A DNA stretch of 54,462 nucleotides from Enterovibrio sp. Lineage in GTDB: Bacteria > Pseudomonadota > Gammaproteobacteria > Enterobacterales > Vibrionaceae. The notes beneath the pieces were generated by a model, which saw only the letters and a program-made list of their open reading frames with translations, did not search any database and was not told where the DNA came from. The stretch is taken from positions 1 through 54,462 of the forward strand of contig JBELME010000002.1 in the NCBI GenBank assembly GCA_042096095.1, written 5' to 3'. The position numbers and the translations under genes are program-made. Shown piece by piece: positions 23,371-34,428 of this stretch; position 1 is the first letter of the stretch, and the number at the start of each line of letters is the position of its first letter.

Positions 23371-24108
23371 TCAGTGTACGTCACGCCAATATTCTTTCTT
23401 AAGGAAAATGGTCAATACTAGGAAAATCAACAAGAAACCAATTACCCAATACCCCATTTGCTGACGTTCAAGCTTGTTTGGCTCACCGGAATACTCTAGG
23501 AAGTTAACCAAATCACGAACAGCTTCATCAAACTCGTCAGGACTCAGTTCGCCATTGCCCAACGATTCAATGCCAACAAACTCGTCAACCATCTCACCAT
23601 CAATCATCACTGACTTGTATTGCTTCACAGGCGTGCCCTGAAGCTCTTCAAGTACGTGCGGCATACCTACGCTTGGGAAAACAACGTTGTTCACACCAAA
23701 CGGGCGAGAAGGGTCTGCGTAGAACGAACGTAGATAGGTGTAAACCCAATCTGTGCCACGAACACGCGCGACGAGCGTAAGGTCTGGTGCTGGCGCACCA
23801 AAGAACGTCGCTGCGTCGTCCGTTGCGATGGCATTCTTGACAAGGTCACCAATTTTGGCGTTTTCATCAAACACCAGATTTTCCATCATCAAGTTGTTCG
23901 GAATATCCAAATCATTAGCAATGCGCTCATAGCGCTGGTATTGCGTTGCATGACAGCCGAAACAGTAGTTCATGAACAACTTTGCACCATTTTGCAAAGA
24001 GGCTTTGTCCGACAAATCATTGTTAGCTGCGTCCAAGGGCACTTTCGCACCTGCGGCTAGCGCAAGAGAAGGCAACAGCGCGAACAAGATTACAATCCAC
24101 TTCTTCAT
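23371..24108 (-). CDS. petC: Cytochrome c1
   Basis: Signal peptide, CFGCH heme motif, APDL, C-terminal TM helix. Confidence 0.96.
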   Translation of the reverse strand: MKKWIVILFALLPSLALAAGAKVPLDAANNDLSDKASLQNGAKLFMNYCFGCHATQYQRYERIANDLDIPNNLMMENLVFDENAKIGDLVKNAIATDDAATFFGAPAPDLTLVARVRGTDWVYTYLRSFYADPSRPFGVNNVVFPSVGMPHVLEELQGTPVKQYKSVMIDGEMVDEFVGIESLGNGELSPDEFDEAVRDLVNFLEYSGEPNKLERQQMGYWVIGFLLIFLVLTIFLKKEYWRDVH

Positions 24109-25370
24109 TAGTAGTTCACCCTCTCCGGTAATGGTTTTGTTGCTTCGTTTTTACTGTAAACAAACAGCAGGACAAAGAACATGAAGTAACCAAAGCTAAA
24201 GATTTGAGCCAACAGCGTGTATAGGCCAGTTGCAGGCAATGTACCCAACACACCTAGCGCAATGAAGGAGATAACGAACTGAACAATGTTAGCAAGGTGC
24301 AATTTGCTGCGATAACGGTAAGAGCGCACTTTACAGCGATCCAACCAAGGCAGAACAAACAGTACCGCGATAGACAAGCCCATGAGCACAACACCGGTTA
24401 ACTTGTCCGGAACCGCACGCAAGATGGCATAGAACGGTGTGAAGTACCAAACTGGCGCGATGTGATCAGGCGTTTTAATCGGGTTCGCAGCTTCAAAGTT
24501 AGGTGGCTCAAGGAAGTAGCCGCCCATCTCTGGATTAAAGAAAATCACATAAGCAAACAAGATACCAAAACCGGCGATACCGATAAGATCTTTTACGGTT
24601 CCATAAGGGTGGAACGGCACAGAATCGATGATGTCGTATTTCTTGGCGTAATCCTTGTGGAATGGGAACTGTGTTTCGTACCCTTCGCCTTTAGAGCCCT
24701 TCGGCAACTTGGTTTCAATACCGTCTGGGTTATTCGAACCGACTTCGTGCAGCGCAAGAATGTGCAATACAACAAGCAGTAAAATAACAATCGGCAATGC
24801 AACAACGTGCAGGGCGAAGAAACGGTTTAGTGTTGCGCCCGAGAGGACAAAGTCACCACGGATCCAAAGCGTTAGGTCGTCACCGATAACAGGGATTGCG
24901 CCAAACAGCGAGATGATTACCTGTGCGCCCCAGTAAGACATTTGTCCCCAAGGTAGCAAGTAACCCATAAAGGCTTCTGCCATTAGCGCAAGGAAGATAA
25001 GCATTCCAAACAGCCACAACAATTCGCGTGGTTTTTGGTAAGACCCATAGATTAACCCACGGAACATATGCAGATAAATCACAACAAAGAACGCAGAAGC
25101 GCCCGTTGAGTGCATGTAGCGAAGCAGCCAACCGTATTCAACATCACGCATGATGTATTCAATAGAGGCAAACGCACCTTCCGCGGAAGGGTTGTAGCTC
25201 ATGGTTAGCCAAATACCTGTCAGCAACTGATTTACTAGAACCAGCATGGCTAACGAGCCAAACAAGTACCAGAAGTTGAAGTTCTTTGGCATTGGGTATT
25301 CAGACAAATGCTTTTTGTAGGCATTTACCGCTGGGAGGCGTTTTTCAAACCAGTTGAGTAGATTTTCCAT
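24108..25370 (-). CDS. petB: Cytochrome b of the bc1 complex
   Basis: RYMHSTGAS, LPWGQMSYWGA, TLNRFFALH, PVWY (PEWY equivalent). Confidence 0.97.
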   Translation of the reverse strand: MENLLNWFEKRLPAVNAYKKHLSEYPMPKNFNFWYLFGSLAMLVLVNQLLTGIWLTMSYNPSAEGAFASIEYIMRDVEYGWLLRYMHSTGASAFFVVIYLHMFRGLIYGSYQKPRELLWLFGMLIFLALMAEAFMGYLLPWGQMSYWGAQVIISLFGAIPVIGDDLTLWIRGDFVLSGATLNRFFALHVVALPIVILLLVVLHILALHEVGSNNPDGIETKLPKGSKGEGYETQFPFHKDYAKKYDIIDSVPFHPYGTVKDLIGIAGFGILFAYVIFFNPEMGGYFLEPPNFEAANPIKTPDHIAPVWYFTPFYAILRAVPDKLTGVVLMGLSIAVLFVLPWLDRCKVRSYRYRSKLHLANIVQFVISFIALGVLGTLPATGLYTLLAQIFSFGYFMFFVLLFVYSKNEATKPLPERVNY

Positions 25371-25960
25371 TACGCATTCCCCTCATCAGCACCCACCAAA
25401 ACACGGTTATCATCAAGATATACGTATGGAGGTACAACTAAGTTTAGTGGTGCAGGAACACTCTGGAATACGCGTCCCGCCATATCAAATTTAGAACCAT
25501 GACATGGGCAGAAGAAACCAGATGTAACGCCTTGAACTTGTGCTCCGAAACTGTCAGGGAGATACGTTGGCGAACAACCAAGGTGCGTACAAAGACCAAC
25601 AGCAATAAAAATTTCTGGCTTTATCGAACGATATGCACCAGTAATATAGTCAGGCTGCTGAGGCTCTTGTGATTCAGGGTCACGTAGCTTGTCATCAATT
25701 CCATTTAGTTGTTCTAGGGTCTGTTCGCCTCGACGAACAACCCACACAGGTTTTCCTTGCCAAATAACCCTGATTAGCTGGCCATCTTCAATTTTACTAA
25801 TATCGACTTCGACTGGGGCTCCTGCCGCCTTTGCTTTGGCGCTAGGGTTCCAAGACTTCAAAAAAGGCACAGCAACTGCTGCTGCACCTACACCACCGAC
25901 CACAGCGGTCGATAAAGTCAAGAAACGGCGTCGGCCCGAATTCACTGGCGCATTGCTCAT
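25370..25960 (-). CDS. petA: Rieske iron-sulfur subunit of the bc1 complex
   Basis: Tat motif GRRRFL, CTHLGC, CPCHGS; ATG at 25960 has a GGGAG SD. Confidence 0.97.
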   Translation of the reverse strand: MSNAPVNSGRRRFLTLSTAVVGGVGAAAVAVPFLKSWNPSAKAKAAGAPVEVDISKIEDGQLIRVIWQGKPVWVVRRGEQTLEQLNGIDDKLRDPESQEPQQPDYITGAYRSIKPEIFIAVGLCTHLGCSPTYLPDSFGAQVQGVTSGFFCPCHGSKFDMAGRVFQSVPAPLNLVVPPYVYLDDNRVLVGADEGNA

Positions 25961-26104
25961 CCAACATACTCCCATGTGCTCCCGCATGGATTTTTATAAC
26001 TGTCCTTATGCGTCCCTGGAGCGTACGGCTAACTCAAAATAAGAATTCCTAAGGCGTATAACTGAGTAAATCGACTCAATATAACCCACTAATACGTCGC
26101 CTAA

Positions 26105-26133
26105 ATGATAAGGAAAACCCCACTTTTTGACAA
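26105..26133 (-). promoter_or_regulatory. Sigma70 promoter of petABC
   Basis: Minus strand TTGTCA-N17-TATCAT. Confidence 0.7.
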
Positions 26134-26309
26134 GATAAAGCTACCTTTTTGTAACAAATGTGAGGGGCACACCGTTTTTTAACCTAAGCCCTAAAAACCA
26201 ATTTTTTCAAGGTGGATGTCAATATTGAGATGTCGCGAGAAATGTTGAGAAAGCGGGTTTTTAGCGAAGGCATCAAGAAAGGTGAGGTAACGGCGAAAAT
26301 AACAGACAT

Positions 26310-26338
26310 AAAAAAGCCCGGCATGAGCCAGGCTTTTT
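26310..26338 (-). terminator. Terminator of rplM-rpsI
   Basis: Minus strand AAAAAGCCTGGC-TCAT-GCCGGGCTTTTTT with a U-G wobble. Confidence 0.88.
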
Positions 26339-26373
26339 GGTCAAATGTTCCCCGGATAAAATCCGGAAGCGAA

Positions 26374-26763
26374 TTAACGCTTAGAGAACTGTGGACGACG
26401 ACGTGCTTTACGTAGACCAACTTTCTTACGTTCAACTTTACGAGCATCACGTGTAACAAAGCCAGCAGCGCGTAGCGCAGGACGTAGAGATTCATCGTAT
26501 TGCATCAGTGCGCGCGTGATACCGTGACGGATCGCGCCAGCTTGACCAGAAATACCACCACCAGAAACAGTGATGTATAGGTCTAGCTTGTCAGTCATTT
26601 CAACCAACTCTAGTGCCTGAAGAACAACCATGCGAGCTGTTGGACGACCAAAGTAGGTCTCCAGTGAACGCTGGTTGATTACGATGTTACCGCTACCCGG
26701 TTTGATAAATACGCGAGCTGCGGAGCTTTTGCGGCGACCAGTGCCGTAGTATTGTTCTGCCAT
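26374..26763 (-). CDS. rpsI: 30S ribosomal protein S9
   Basis: [25 protein letters not shown]. Confidence 0.99.
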   Translation of the reverse strand: MAEQYYGTGRRKSSAARVFIKPGSGNIVINQRSLETYFGRPTARMVVLQALELVEMTDKLDLYITVSGGGISGQAGAIRHGITRALMQYDESLRPALRAAGFVTRDARKVERKKVGLRKARRRPQFSKR

Positions 26764-26775
26764 TGTTAAATCCCC

Positions 26776-27204
26776 TTAGATGTCTAGTACTTGCGGCTGT
26801 TGAGCCGCGTGCTTGTGCTCAGTACCCGCGTAAACTTTAAGTTTACGGAACATTGCACGACCTAGAGGACCACGTGGCAACATACCTTTAACGGCAAGTT
26901 CGATGATCATTTCTGGTTTCTTCGCGATCAGCTTGTCGAAGCTGATTGACTTGATGCCACCAATGTAGCCAGTGTGGCTGTGGTACATCTTGTCAGTGAA
27001 TTTCGCACCAGTTACAGCTACTTTGTCCGCGTTGATAACTACGATGTAGTCACCAGTGTCAACGTGCGGAGTGTACTCCGGCTTGTGCTTACCACGTAGA
27101 CGAGATGCGATCTCAGTTGCGATACGACCCAGAGTTTTACCTTCTGCGTCTACAATATACCAGTCGCGTTTTACAGTTTCTGGTTTAGCAACGAAAGTTT
27201 TCAT
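26776..27204 (-). CDS. rplM: 50S ribosomal protein L13
   Basis: [32 protein letters not shown]. Confidence 0.99.
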   Translation of the reverse strand: MKTFVAKPETVKRDWYIVDAEGKTLGRIATEIASRLRGKHKPEYTPHVDTGDYIVVINADKVAVTGAKFTDKMYHSHTGYIGGIKSISFDKLIAKKPEMIIELAVKGMLPRGPLGRAMFRKLKVYAGTEHKHAAQQPQVLDI

Positions 27205-27365
27205 GCTAATAAATACCCGATTATTAAAAAATTTCACTTAAGGAGCGAATGCTCCCACTGTTAAGAGCCCATTCAGCACCCCTTCGAGTCGTGTACCCTC
27301 GGCCTAAGCCTTTCAACAGTAACGGTGGGTTGCGGGATTATAGAGAAGGGTGTAGAAAAAATCAC
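27205..27365 (-). promoter_or_regulatory. rplM promoter and structured 5' leader (L13 autogenous operator-like)
   Basis: Minus strand GTGATT-N17-TATAAT with discriminator CCCGCAACCC; leader stems ACTGTTGA/TTAACAGT and GGAGC-ATTC-GCTCC; AU-rich, SD-poor initiation region. Confidence 0.65.
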
Positions 27366-27437
27366 CTTTTTTTCTAAAAAAGTCCTGACTTTTTCATTGG
27401 GTCGCTAATAACAATGTTATCACGACCCCAAGCCTTG

Positions 27438-28541
27438 CTACGGAAGGTGTTCCAACGCCAAATAATCATGGCTTTGCATCTCTTTTAAGCGAGAACAACA
27501 CCTTTTAAACTCAAAATTCAGCCTGCCATCAACATATAATGTCGTGAGTGCCACTTCTGCGGAAATAATGAGTTTTACATGTCGCTCGTAGAACTCGTCG
27601 ACCATGGCAATAAAGCGTCTTGCCGCATCATCTTTTGACGCGCCCATCTGCGGCACATCAGAGAGCAACACGGTATGGTATAAGCGTGCAACCTCTATAT
27701 AATCAGATTGGCTGCGAGGGCTATCACACAAGGTAGCGAAGTCGAAATGCACCACGCCTTCCGCTTCTCTCACCGCCAATAACGGTCGATTGTTGATTTC
27801 AATGGTGTGATTCGAATGCATGGGCTCTGTCGCTAGCTGGCAAAAGTAGCTTTCGAGGTTGATATTGGCTTTTTCATCTAAAGGGAAATGATAAATTTCC
27901 GCTTGTTCCAATGTCCGTAAGCGATAATCTGTACCCGCATCAACATTGACCACATCACAGTGTACATTTATTAATTTAATCGCGGGGAGGAAACGCGCCC
28001 GTTGCAAACCATTTCGATATAACTCATCAGGCACAATATTAGATGTCGCCACCAAACAAATACCGCGTTCAAACAATGCTTCCATTAAGGTACCGAGGAT
28101 CATTGCATCGGTAATGTCGGAAACAAAAAATTCATCAAAACAAAGAATGTGCGCTTCATCAGCGAGTTTGTCGGCGATTTTCTGCAAAGGATCGACTTCA
28201 CCATCAAGTATTTTAAGTTCGTGATGAACGCGGTGCATAAAACGGTGGAAGTGCATGCGCATCTTTTTGTCGAAAGGCAGGCTGTCAAAAAAGGTATCAA
28301 CCAGATACGTTTTTCCTCGCCCGACTCCTCCCCAGAAATACAAGCCTGTCTCTGGCGCGGTATTCGTCGATTTCTGACCAAACAAGCTTTTTAGAAATGA
28401 CGGTTTCTCATGCGGCGCATTCACGCGTTTCACAAGACGATGATACAAATCATCAAGCAGCATCACCGCATTTCGTTGCGAGGCATCCTCAAAAAAATCT
28501 GGGCGTTGGAGGTCTTTATTGTATAGATCTAGCGGTGTCAT
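27438..28541 (-). CDS. zapE: Cell division ATPase ZapE (AFG1 family)
   Basis: WGGVGRGKT Walker A, CFDEF, ATSN, ARRFIAMVDEFY. Confidence 0.95.
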   Translation of the reverse strand: MTPLDLYNKDLQRPDFFEDASQRNAVMLLDDLYHRLVKRVNAPHEKPSFLKSLFGQKSTNTAPETGLYFWGGVGRGKTYLVDTFFDSLPFDKKMRMHFHRFMHRVHHELKILDGEVDPLQKIADKLADEAHILCFDEFFVSDITDAMILGTLMEALFERGICLVATSNIVPDELYRNGLQRARFLPAIKLINVHCDVVNVDAGTDYRLRTLEQAEIYHFPLDEKANINLESYFCQLATEPMHSNHTIEINNRPLLAVREAEGVVHFDFATLCDSPRSQSDYIEVARLYHTVLLSDVPQMGASKDDAARRFIAMVDEFYERHVKLIISAEVALTTLYVDGRLNFEFKRCCSRLKEMQSHDYLALEHLP

Positions 28542-28735
28542 TCCTTGAACCTAACTGTGACTGAAGACATCTTTGTTCTCAAAATCAATAGTACCACGCT
28601 CAACTTTTGCCATGTATAGTGAACCGACGCATTTAAGGGATTCGTAACTACTTAAGCTATCAAATCAGAGTAGCAGCGTGGTCCTGTTAATCATCTTGCA
28701 TCCAAAAACTTACTGAAGAATATCAAGGAGCATTC

Positions 28736-29155
28736 ATGGCTGAAATCAACATCATTGCTTTTGGCGCCCTCGGCATTGTCATTGGCTTCCTAATCGGCCG
28801 TTTCATGAATCGTGACAATACTCAGCAAAAGGACTTGAAAAAGGAACTTGAAAAATCACGTTACGAGGTAGAGCAATACCGCCAAGAGTTGGTGGACCAC
28901 TTTGCACAAAGTGCAGAGCTGCTCGACAACATCTCACGTGACTACAGTAAACTGTATCAACACATGGCGGCAACATCTGCCGAATTGATGCCAAACCTGC
29001 CTGAGCAAGACAACCCATTTGCAAAACGCATCAGCAAGTTGTCTGACGTTACGCCAGAAGCGGAAGGCGATGCTTCTCAAGAGCAACCGCGTGACTACTC
29101 AGGCCAAGCAACCGGTTTGTTAAAAGATGCTGAAAAAACCAGCAAAGCGAGTTAA
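28736..29155 (+). CDS. zapG: ZapG/YhcB (DUF1043)
   Basis: N-terminal TM helix, HFAQSAELL, YSKLYQHMA, PRDYS. Confidence 0.93.
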   Translation: MAEINIIAFGALGIVIGFLIGRFMNRDNTQQKDLKKELEKSRYEVEQYRQELVDHFAQSAELLDNISRDYSKLYQHMAATSAELMPNLPEQDNPFAKRISKLSDVTPEAEGDASQEQPRDYSGQATGLLKDAEKTSKAS

Positions 29156-29186
29156 GTCGGTCACACTTCTTAACGAAGGTAACATT

Positions 29187-29214
29187 GAACTTTTTTAAAT
29201 AATCCCCACTCTTA
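29187..29214 (+). promoter_or_regulatory. Candidate sigmaE promoter upstream of degQ
   Basis: GAACTT-N17-TCTTA. Confidence 0.55.
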
Positions 29215-29240
29215 CATCGTACCGATACAGGGGAGTGTTT

Positions 29241-30608
29241 ATGAAAAAGATGTCTTTGCTTACTTTGAGTGCAATTGCACTCGCCATTAGTACAAGTATT
29301 ACCGCATTACCTGCAACTGCCGCATTACCCATGGCCGTTGCAGGTGAGAGCCTTCCAAGTCTGGCACCGATGCTAGAAACTGTCAGCCCAGCGGTTGTCA
29401 GCATTTCTGTGGAAGGTAGCCATACCTCAAAGCAACGCGTTCCTGAATCTTTCCGCTTTTTCTTTGGTCCTGACTTTCCGTCTGAACAAGTCCGTGAACG
29501 TCCTTTTCGCGGGTTAGGCTCTGGTGTCATTGTTGATGCAGGCAAAGGCCATATCGTGACCAACCATCACGTGATTGATGGCGCGACGAAAATCCGCGTG
29601 CAGCTTCATGATGGTCGAGAGTATGACGCGGAATTGATCGGTAGCGACAGCATGTCAGACGTTGCCTTGCTCAAACTCGAAAAAGCAGAAAATCTCACTG
29701 AGATTAAATTTGCAGACTCTGATGCGCTTCGCGTCGGGGATTTTGCCATTGCCATTGGTAACCCCTTTGGCCTCGGGCAAACCGTGACATCCGGTATCAT
29801 TTCCGCGCTCGGCCGAAGCGGCCTAAACCTCGAAAACTTCGAGAACTTCATTCAGACGGATGCCGCCATTAACAGTGGTAACTCTGGTGGTGCATTGGTG
29901 AACCTTAACGGCGAGTTAGTCGGCATTAACACAGCGATTCTCGGCCCTAACGGCGGGAACGTGGGTATCGGTTTTGCCATTCCCGTCAACATGACAAAAA
30001 ACCTCGTTGAACAAATCTTAGAGTTTGGAGAAGTTCGCCGAGGTGTGCTGGGCGTTCAAGGTGGGGAGCTGACCTCAGAGCTTGCAGAAGCCTTCGGCTA
30101 TGAAACCAATCATGGGGCCTTTGTAAGCCAAGTTGTTCCTGACTCTGCAGCCGCAAAAGCGGGCATTGAAGCGGGCGACATCATTGTCTCCGTCAATGGC
30201 AAAGAGATCCGCACATTTGGAGAATTGCGCGCGAAAGTCGCCACACTGGGTGCCGGAAAGAAAGTCAAACTGGGTTTGATCCGCGATGGCAAAGACAAAA
30301 CTGTCACCGCAACGTTGAAAGAAGCTGGCATGGTGAAGGCGAAAGCTGAAACCTTGCATGAAGCATTGACCGGTGCAGAGCTCGAAAACTACAGCGAAGG
30401 TAAGGTCAAAGGTATACGTGTTGCGCGCGTAGAGAAAGACTCGATTGCTGCTCGCTATGGTTTAAAACAAGGAGACATCATTGTTGGCTTGAACCGTAAC
30501 GACGTAAACAACCTTGGCGATTTCCGCAAGCAATTAGAGAGTAAGCCAAACGTGCTTGCCTTAAACATTGTACGCGGTGAGTCGACGATGTATTTGGTCA
30601 TTCGCTAA
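29241..30608 (+). CDS. degQ: HtrA family periplasmic protease with two PDZ domains (DegQ/DegP-like)
   Basis: Signal peptide, TNHHV, GNSGG catalytic Ser, two PDZ domains; yhcB-degQ-degS synteny. Confidence 0.93.
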   Translation: MKKMSLLTLSAIALAISTSITALPATAALPMAVAGESLPSLAPMLETVSPAVVSISVEGSHTSKQRVPESFRFFFGPDFPSEQVRERPFRGLGSGVIVDAGKGHIVTNHHVIDGATKIRVQLHDGREYDAELIGSDSMSDVALLKLEKAENLTEIKFADSDALRVGDFAIAIGNPFGLGQTVTSGIISALGRSGLNLENFENFIQTDAAINSGNSGGALVNLNGELVGINTAILGPNGGNVGIGFAIPVNMTKNLVEQILEFGEVRRGVLGVQGGELTSELAEAFGYETNHGAFVSQVVPDSAAAKAGIEAGDIIVSVNGKEIRTFGELRAKVATLGAGKKVKLGLIRDGKDKTVTATLKEAGMVKAKAETLHEALTGAELENYSEGKVKGIRVARVEKDSIAARYGLKQGDIIVGLNRNDVNNLGDFRKQLESKPNVLALNIVRGESTMYLVIR

Positions 30609-30626
30609 AACTCTTTACGGAAATTC

Positions 30627-30654
30627 AGGGGCCTGAGTTCATCAGGCTCCTTTT
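30627..30654 (+). terminator. Terminator after degQ
   Basis: AGGGGCCTGA-GTTCA-TCAGGCTCCT-TTT. Confidence 0.7.
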
Positions 30655-30681
30655 CCCTCTCTACTCATGTCCACATTTCAA

Positions 30682-30690
30682 TGTTATGCT
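30682..30690 (+). promoter_or_regulatory. Candidate extended -10 promoter of degS
   Basis: TGtTATGCT about 40 nt upstream of the degS ATG and downstream of the degQ terminator. Confidence 0.45.
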
Positions 30691-30727
30691 CATCGACTTA
30701 ATATCAACGAGATAATTGAGGAGTAGC

Positions 30728-31792
30728 ATGCTAGCTTTTATGACGCGTTCCGTCGTTTATGGCGGCCTTATCGCCGCACTTTTATTGCTGGCTATTCCGT
30801 CCCTTCGTACGGGTAAATTGGTCTCGGATGCCACCCTTTCACAGTTTGAACCTGATGCCTCTTTGGTGTCTTACAATTATGCCGTTAGACGTGCCTCCCC
30901 TGCCGTCGTCAACATCTATACCCGTCGTTACAGCAGTGAAAACCGTCTACAGCTCAACGCCGAAGGGCTAGGCTCTGGCGTGATCATGAGCGACAAAGGG
31001 TACATAGTGACCAACTATCACGTTGTCGCACGTGCGGACCAAATCATCGTCGCACTGCAAGACGGACGGATCAGCACGGCGCAGTTGGTGGGTAAAGATC
31101 AACGTACCGATCTCGCTGTTCTCAAAGTGGATCTTGAAAGCCTGCCTGTGATCCCATTCAACGACAGTTACGATCCTGCTGTCGGTGATGTCGTGCTCGC
31201 CATTGGTAACCCCTACAACCTTGGCCAAACCACCACCTTTGGCATTATCTCCGCCACTGGCCGTCCAGGCATGAGCTTTAATCGTCAGCAAGATTTCTTG
31301 CAAACAGATGCCGCCATTAACCGTGGTAACTCTGGCGGTGCATTGGTGAATAGTCGCGGCGAACTCGTTGGCATCAATACCGCCTCTTTCCAGCAAGCGA
31401 CAGACATTGAAACCTACGGTATTTCATTCGCTATTCCCTACTCGCTCACCGTTAAAATCATGCAGAAGCTGATTGCTGATGGGCGCGTCATCCGAGGCTA
31501 CATTGGCGTTGATGGCAGAGAAGTGAACCCTGTGATGGCCCGTTTGCTGGATGCAGAACAGCTAAGTGGTGTGATGGTCGCGGCAGTAGAGCCAAACGGC
31601 CCCGCGGATCGTTCCGGGCTGCGCACGAACGACTTGATCATTGATATTAACGATCAACCAATCTATGGTTTTAGAAACGCACTCGATATTGTGGCTGATA
31701 TTCGCCCCGGGACGGTTGTGCCGTTCAAAGTGATTCGAGAAGGTAACACCATGGAATTGATGGTAACGATTGGTGAAGAGCCTGCGCGATAG
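30728..31792 (+). CDS. degS: Envelope stress sensor protease DegS
   Basis: N-terminal anchor, AVRRASPAVVN, TNYHV, GNSGG, single PDZ domain; GAGGAG SD before ATG 30728. Confidence 0.95.
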   Translation: MLAFMTRSVVYGGLIAALLLLAIPSLRTGKLVSDATLSQFEPDASLVSYNYAVRRASPAVVNIYTRRYSSENRLQLNAEGLGSGVIMSDKGYIVTNYHVVARADQIIVALQDGRISTAQLVGKDQRTDLAVLKVDLESLPVIPFNDSYDPAVGDVVLAIGNPYNLGQTTTFGIISATGRPGMSFNRQQDFLQTDAAINRGNSGGALVNSRGELVGINTASFQQATDIETYGISFAIPYSLTVKIMQKLIADGRVIRGYIGVDGREVNPVMARLLDAEQLSGVMVAAVEPNGPADRSGLRTNDLIIDINDQPIYGFRNALDIVADIRPGTVVPFKVIREGNTMELMVTIGEEPAR

Positions 31793-31861
31793 CCGATTCG
31801 ATAAAAGTCAGCTTGCACAGTGACATCGAAGTAAAACTCGCTCGCTAAGCCAATCCCACAA

Positions 31862-31887
31862 AAAAAGGTCGCCTCGGCGACCTTTTT
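31862..31887. terminator. Bidirectional terminator between convergent degS and murA
   Basis: AAAAAGGTCGCC-TC-GGCGACCTTTTT. Confidence 0.88.
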
Positions 31888-31924
31888 GTTTTTCAGCACA
31901 TAACCTTGCCGTGAGTAGCAGTGG

Positions 31925-33457
<1,533 letters not shown>

Positions 33458-33461
<4 letters not shown>

Positions 33462-33781
33462 TCCTCATCAACCAGTGTGTTATCACCGGTAAATAGACTG
33501 TCTACATTACTCAGTTGCAAAAGCACCGTCAGCTGAGCAGGCACATGACACAGAGTCAGTGCTTGGCCATTGTCTTTAAACTGCTGATGCAAATGGAGCA
33601 ACATCGCCATCCCTGCCGAATCCACGCGCTTCACCTCTGAAAGATTGAGAGTGACGGCACTTTCCTTTGGAAACCAATCGGCAAGGCGGCTCCAAAATGG
33701 TGGAACTGTGTCACGATCAAGCTCTCCTGACAAGCAGTAATGGCCATTTGTGTCTTTACGCCACGCTAATGGCTCACTCAC
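33458..33781 (-). CDS. mlaB: STAS protein MlaB
   Basis: LSGELDR, VDSAG STAS motif; mla operon. Confidence 0.9.
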
Positions 33782-34422
33782 GATGCACCTTCACTTTTGC
33801 TGATCGGTTTTTTCGCACGTTCTTCGAGTTCAGCAGCGACAGCTTCAACGCCATTTTTGCGCAATTGACCACTCCACTCGCTCGCTTTTGTATTCAGCAT
33901 ACTCACGCCTTCAACCTGAACGTCAAACCCTTGCCACTCATTCGTTTTACGGTTTTTACGCAATTTAAAGTCTAGGCGAATTGGCGGGCGGGCGTTGTCA
34001 GTAATATCAACGCGAACCGACACCACTTTGCGCTTAGGATCAATCGCCTTAGTAGGCTCCACGGTCACAAGCTGGTCAGTGTATTCCGTTAAAATTTGCG
34101 CGTAAGACGCCACCAGATAGTCATAAAACGCATCAGTAAACAGGTCGCGTTCTTCTTTCGATGCTTTTCTGGCTTGAGAACCGAGCACCTTCAATGCCGC
34201 ATAGCGAACATTGATATAGGGCATCAACTCTTCTTTCACGACAGCGCGCAGTAACTCAGGGTTTTCCTGATACGCGTCTTTGTCTTTCTTCAGTCGGCTG
34301 AATGCGTTCTCAGCCACACCATTCATCAAATGGTAAGGGTTGCTCGCATCTACCGCTGCCATGCTGACCGACGACACCATCATCGTGATGGCAGCCATCG
34401 CAAGTGTTATCAATTTCTTCAT
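33778..34422 (-). CDS. mlaC: Periplasmic phospholipid-binding protein MlaC
   Basis: Signal peptide, ELMPY, WQGFDVQVEGVSM. Confidence 0.92.
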   Translation of the reverse strand: MKKLITLAMAAITMMVSSVSMAAVDASNPYHLMNGVAENAFSRLKKDKDAYQENPELLRAVVKEELMPYINVRYAALKVLGSQARKASKEERDLFTDAFYDYLVASYAQILTEYTDQLVTVEPTKAIDPKRKVVSVRVDITDNARPPIRLDFKLRKNRKTNEWQGFDVQVEGVSMLNTKASEWSGQLRKNGVEAVAAELEERAKKPISKSEGAS

Positions 34423-34428
34423 CGTTAT

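Noticed and set aside
25961-25987. Upstream start of petA (MREHMGVCW extension)
   Set aside because: The ATG at 25960 has a well-spaced GGGAG SD and gives the usual short Tat signal
26156-26177. CRP site upstream of the petA promoter (AAATGTGA...)
   Set aside because: Only one half-site matches; the second half lacks TCACA at the correct spacing
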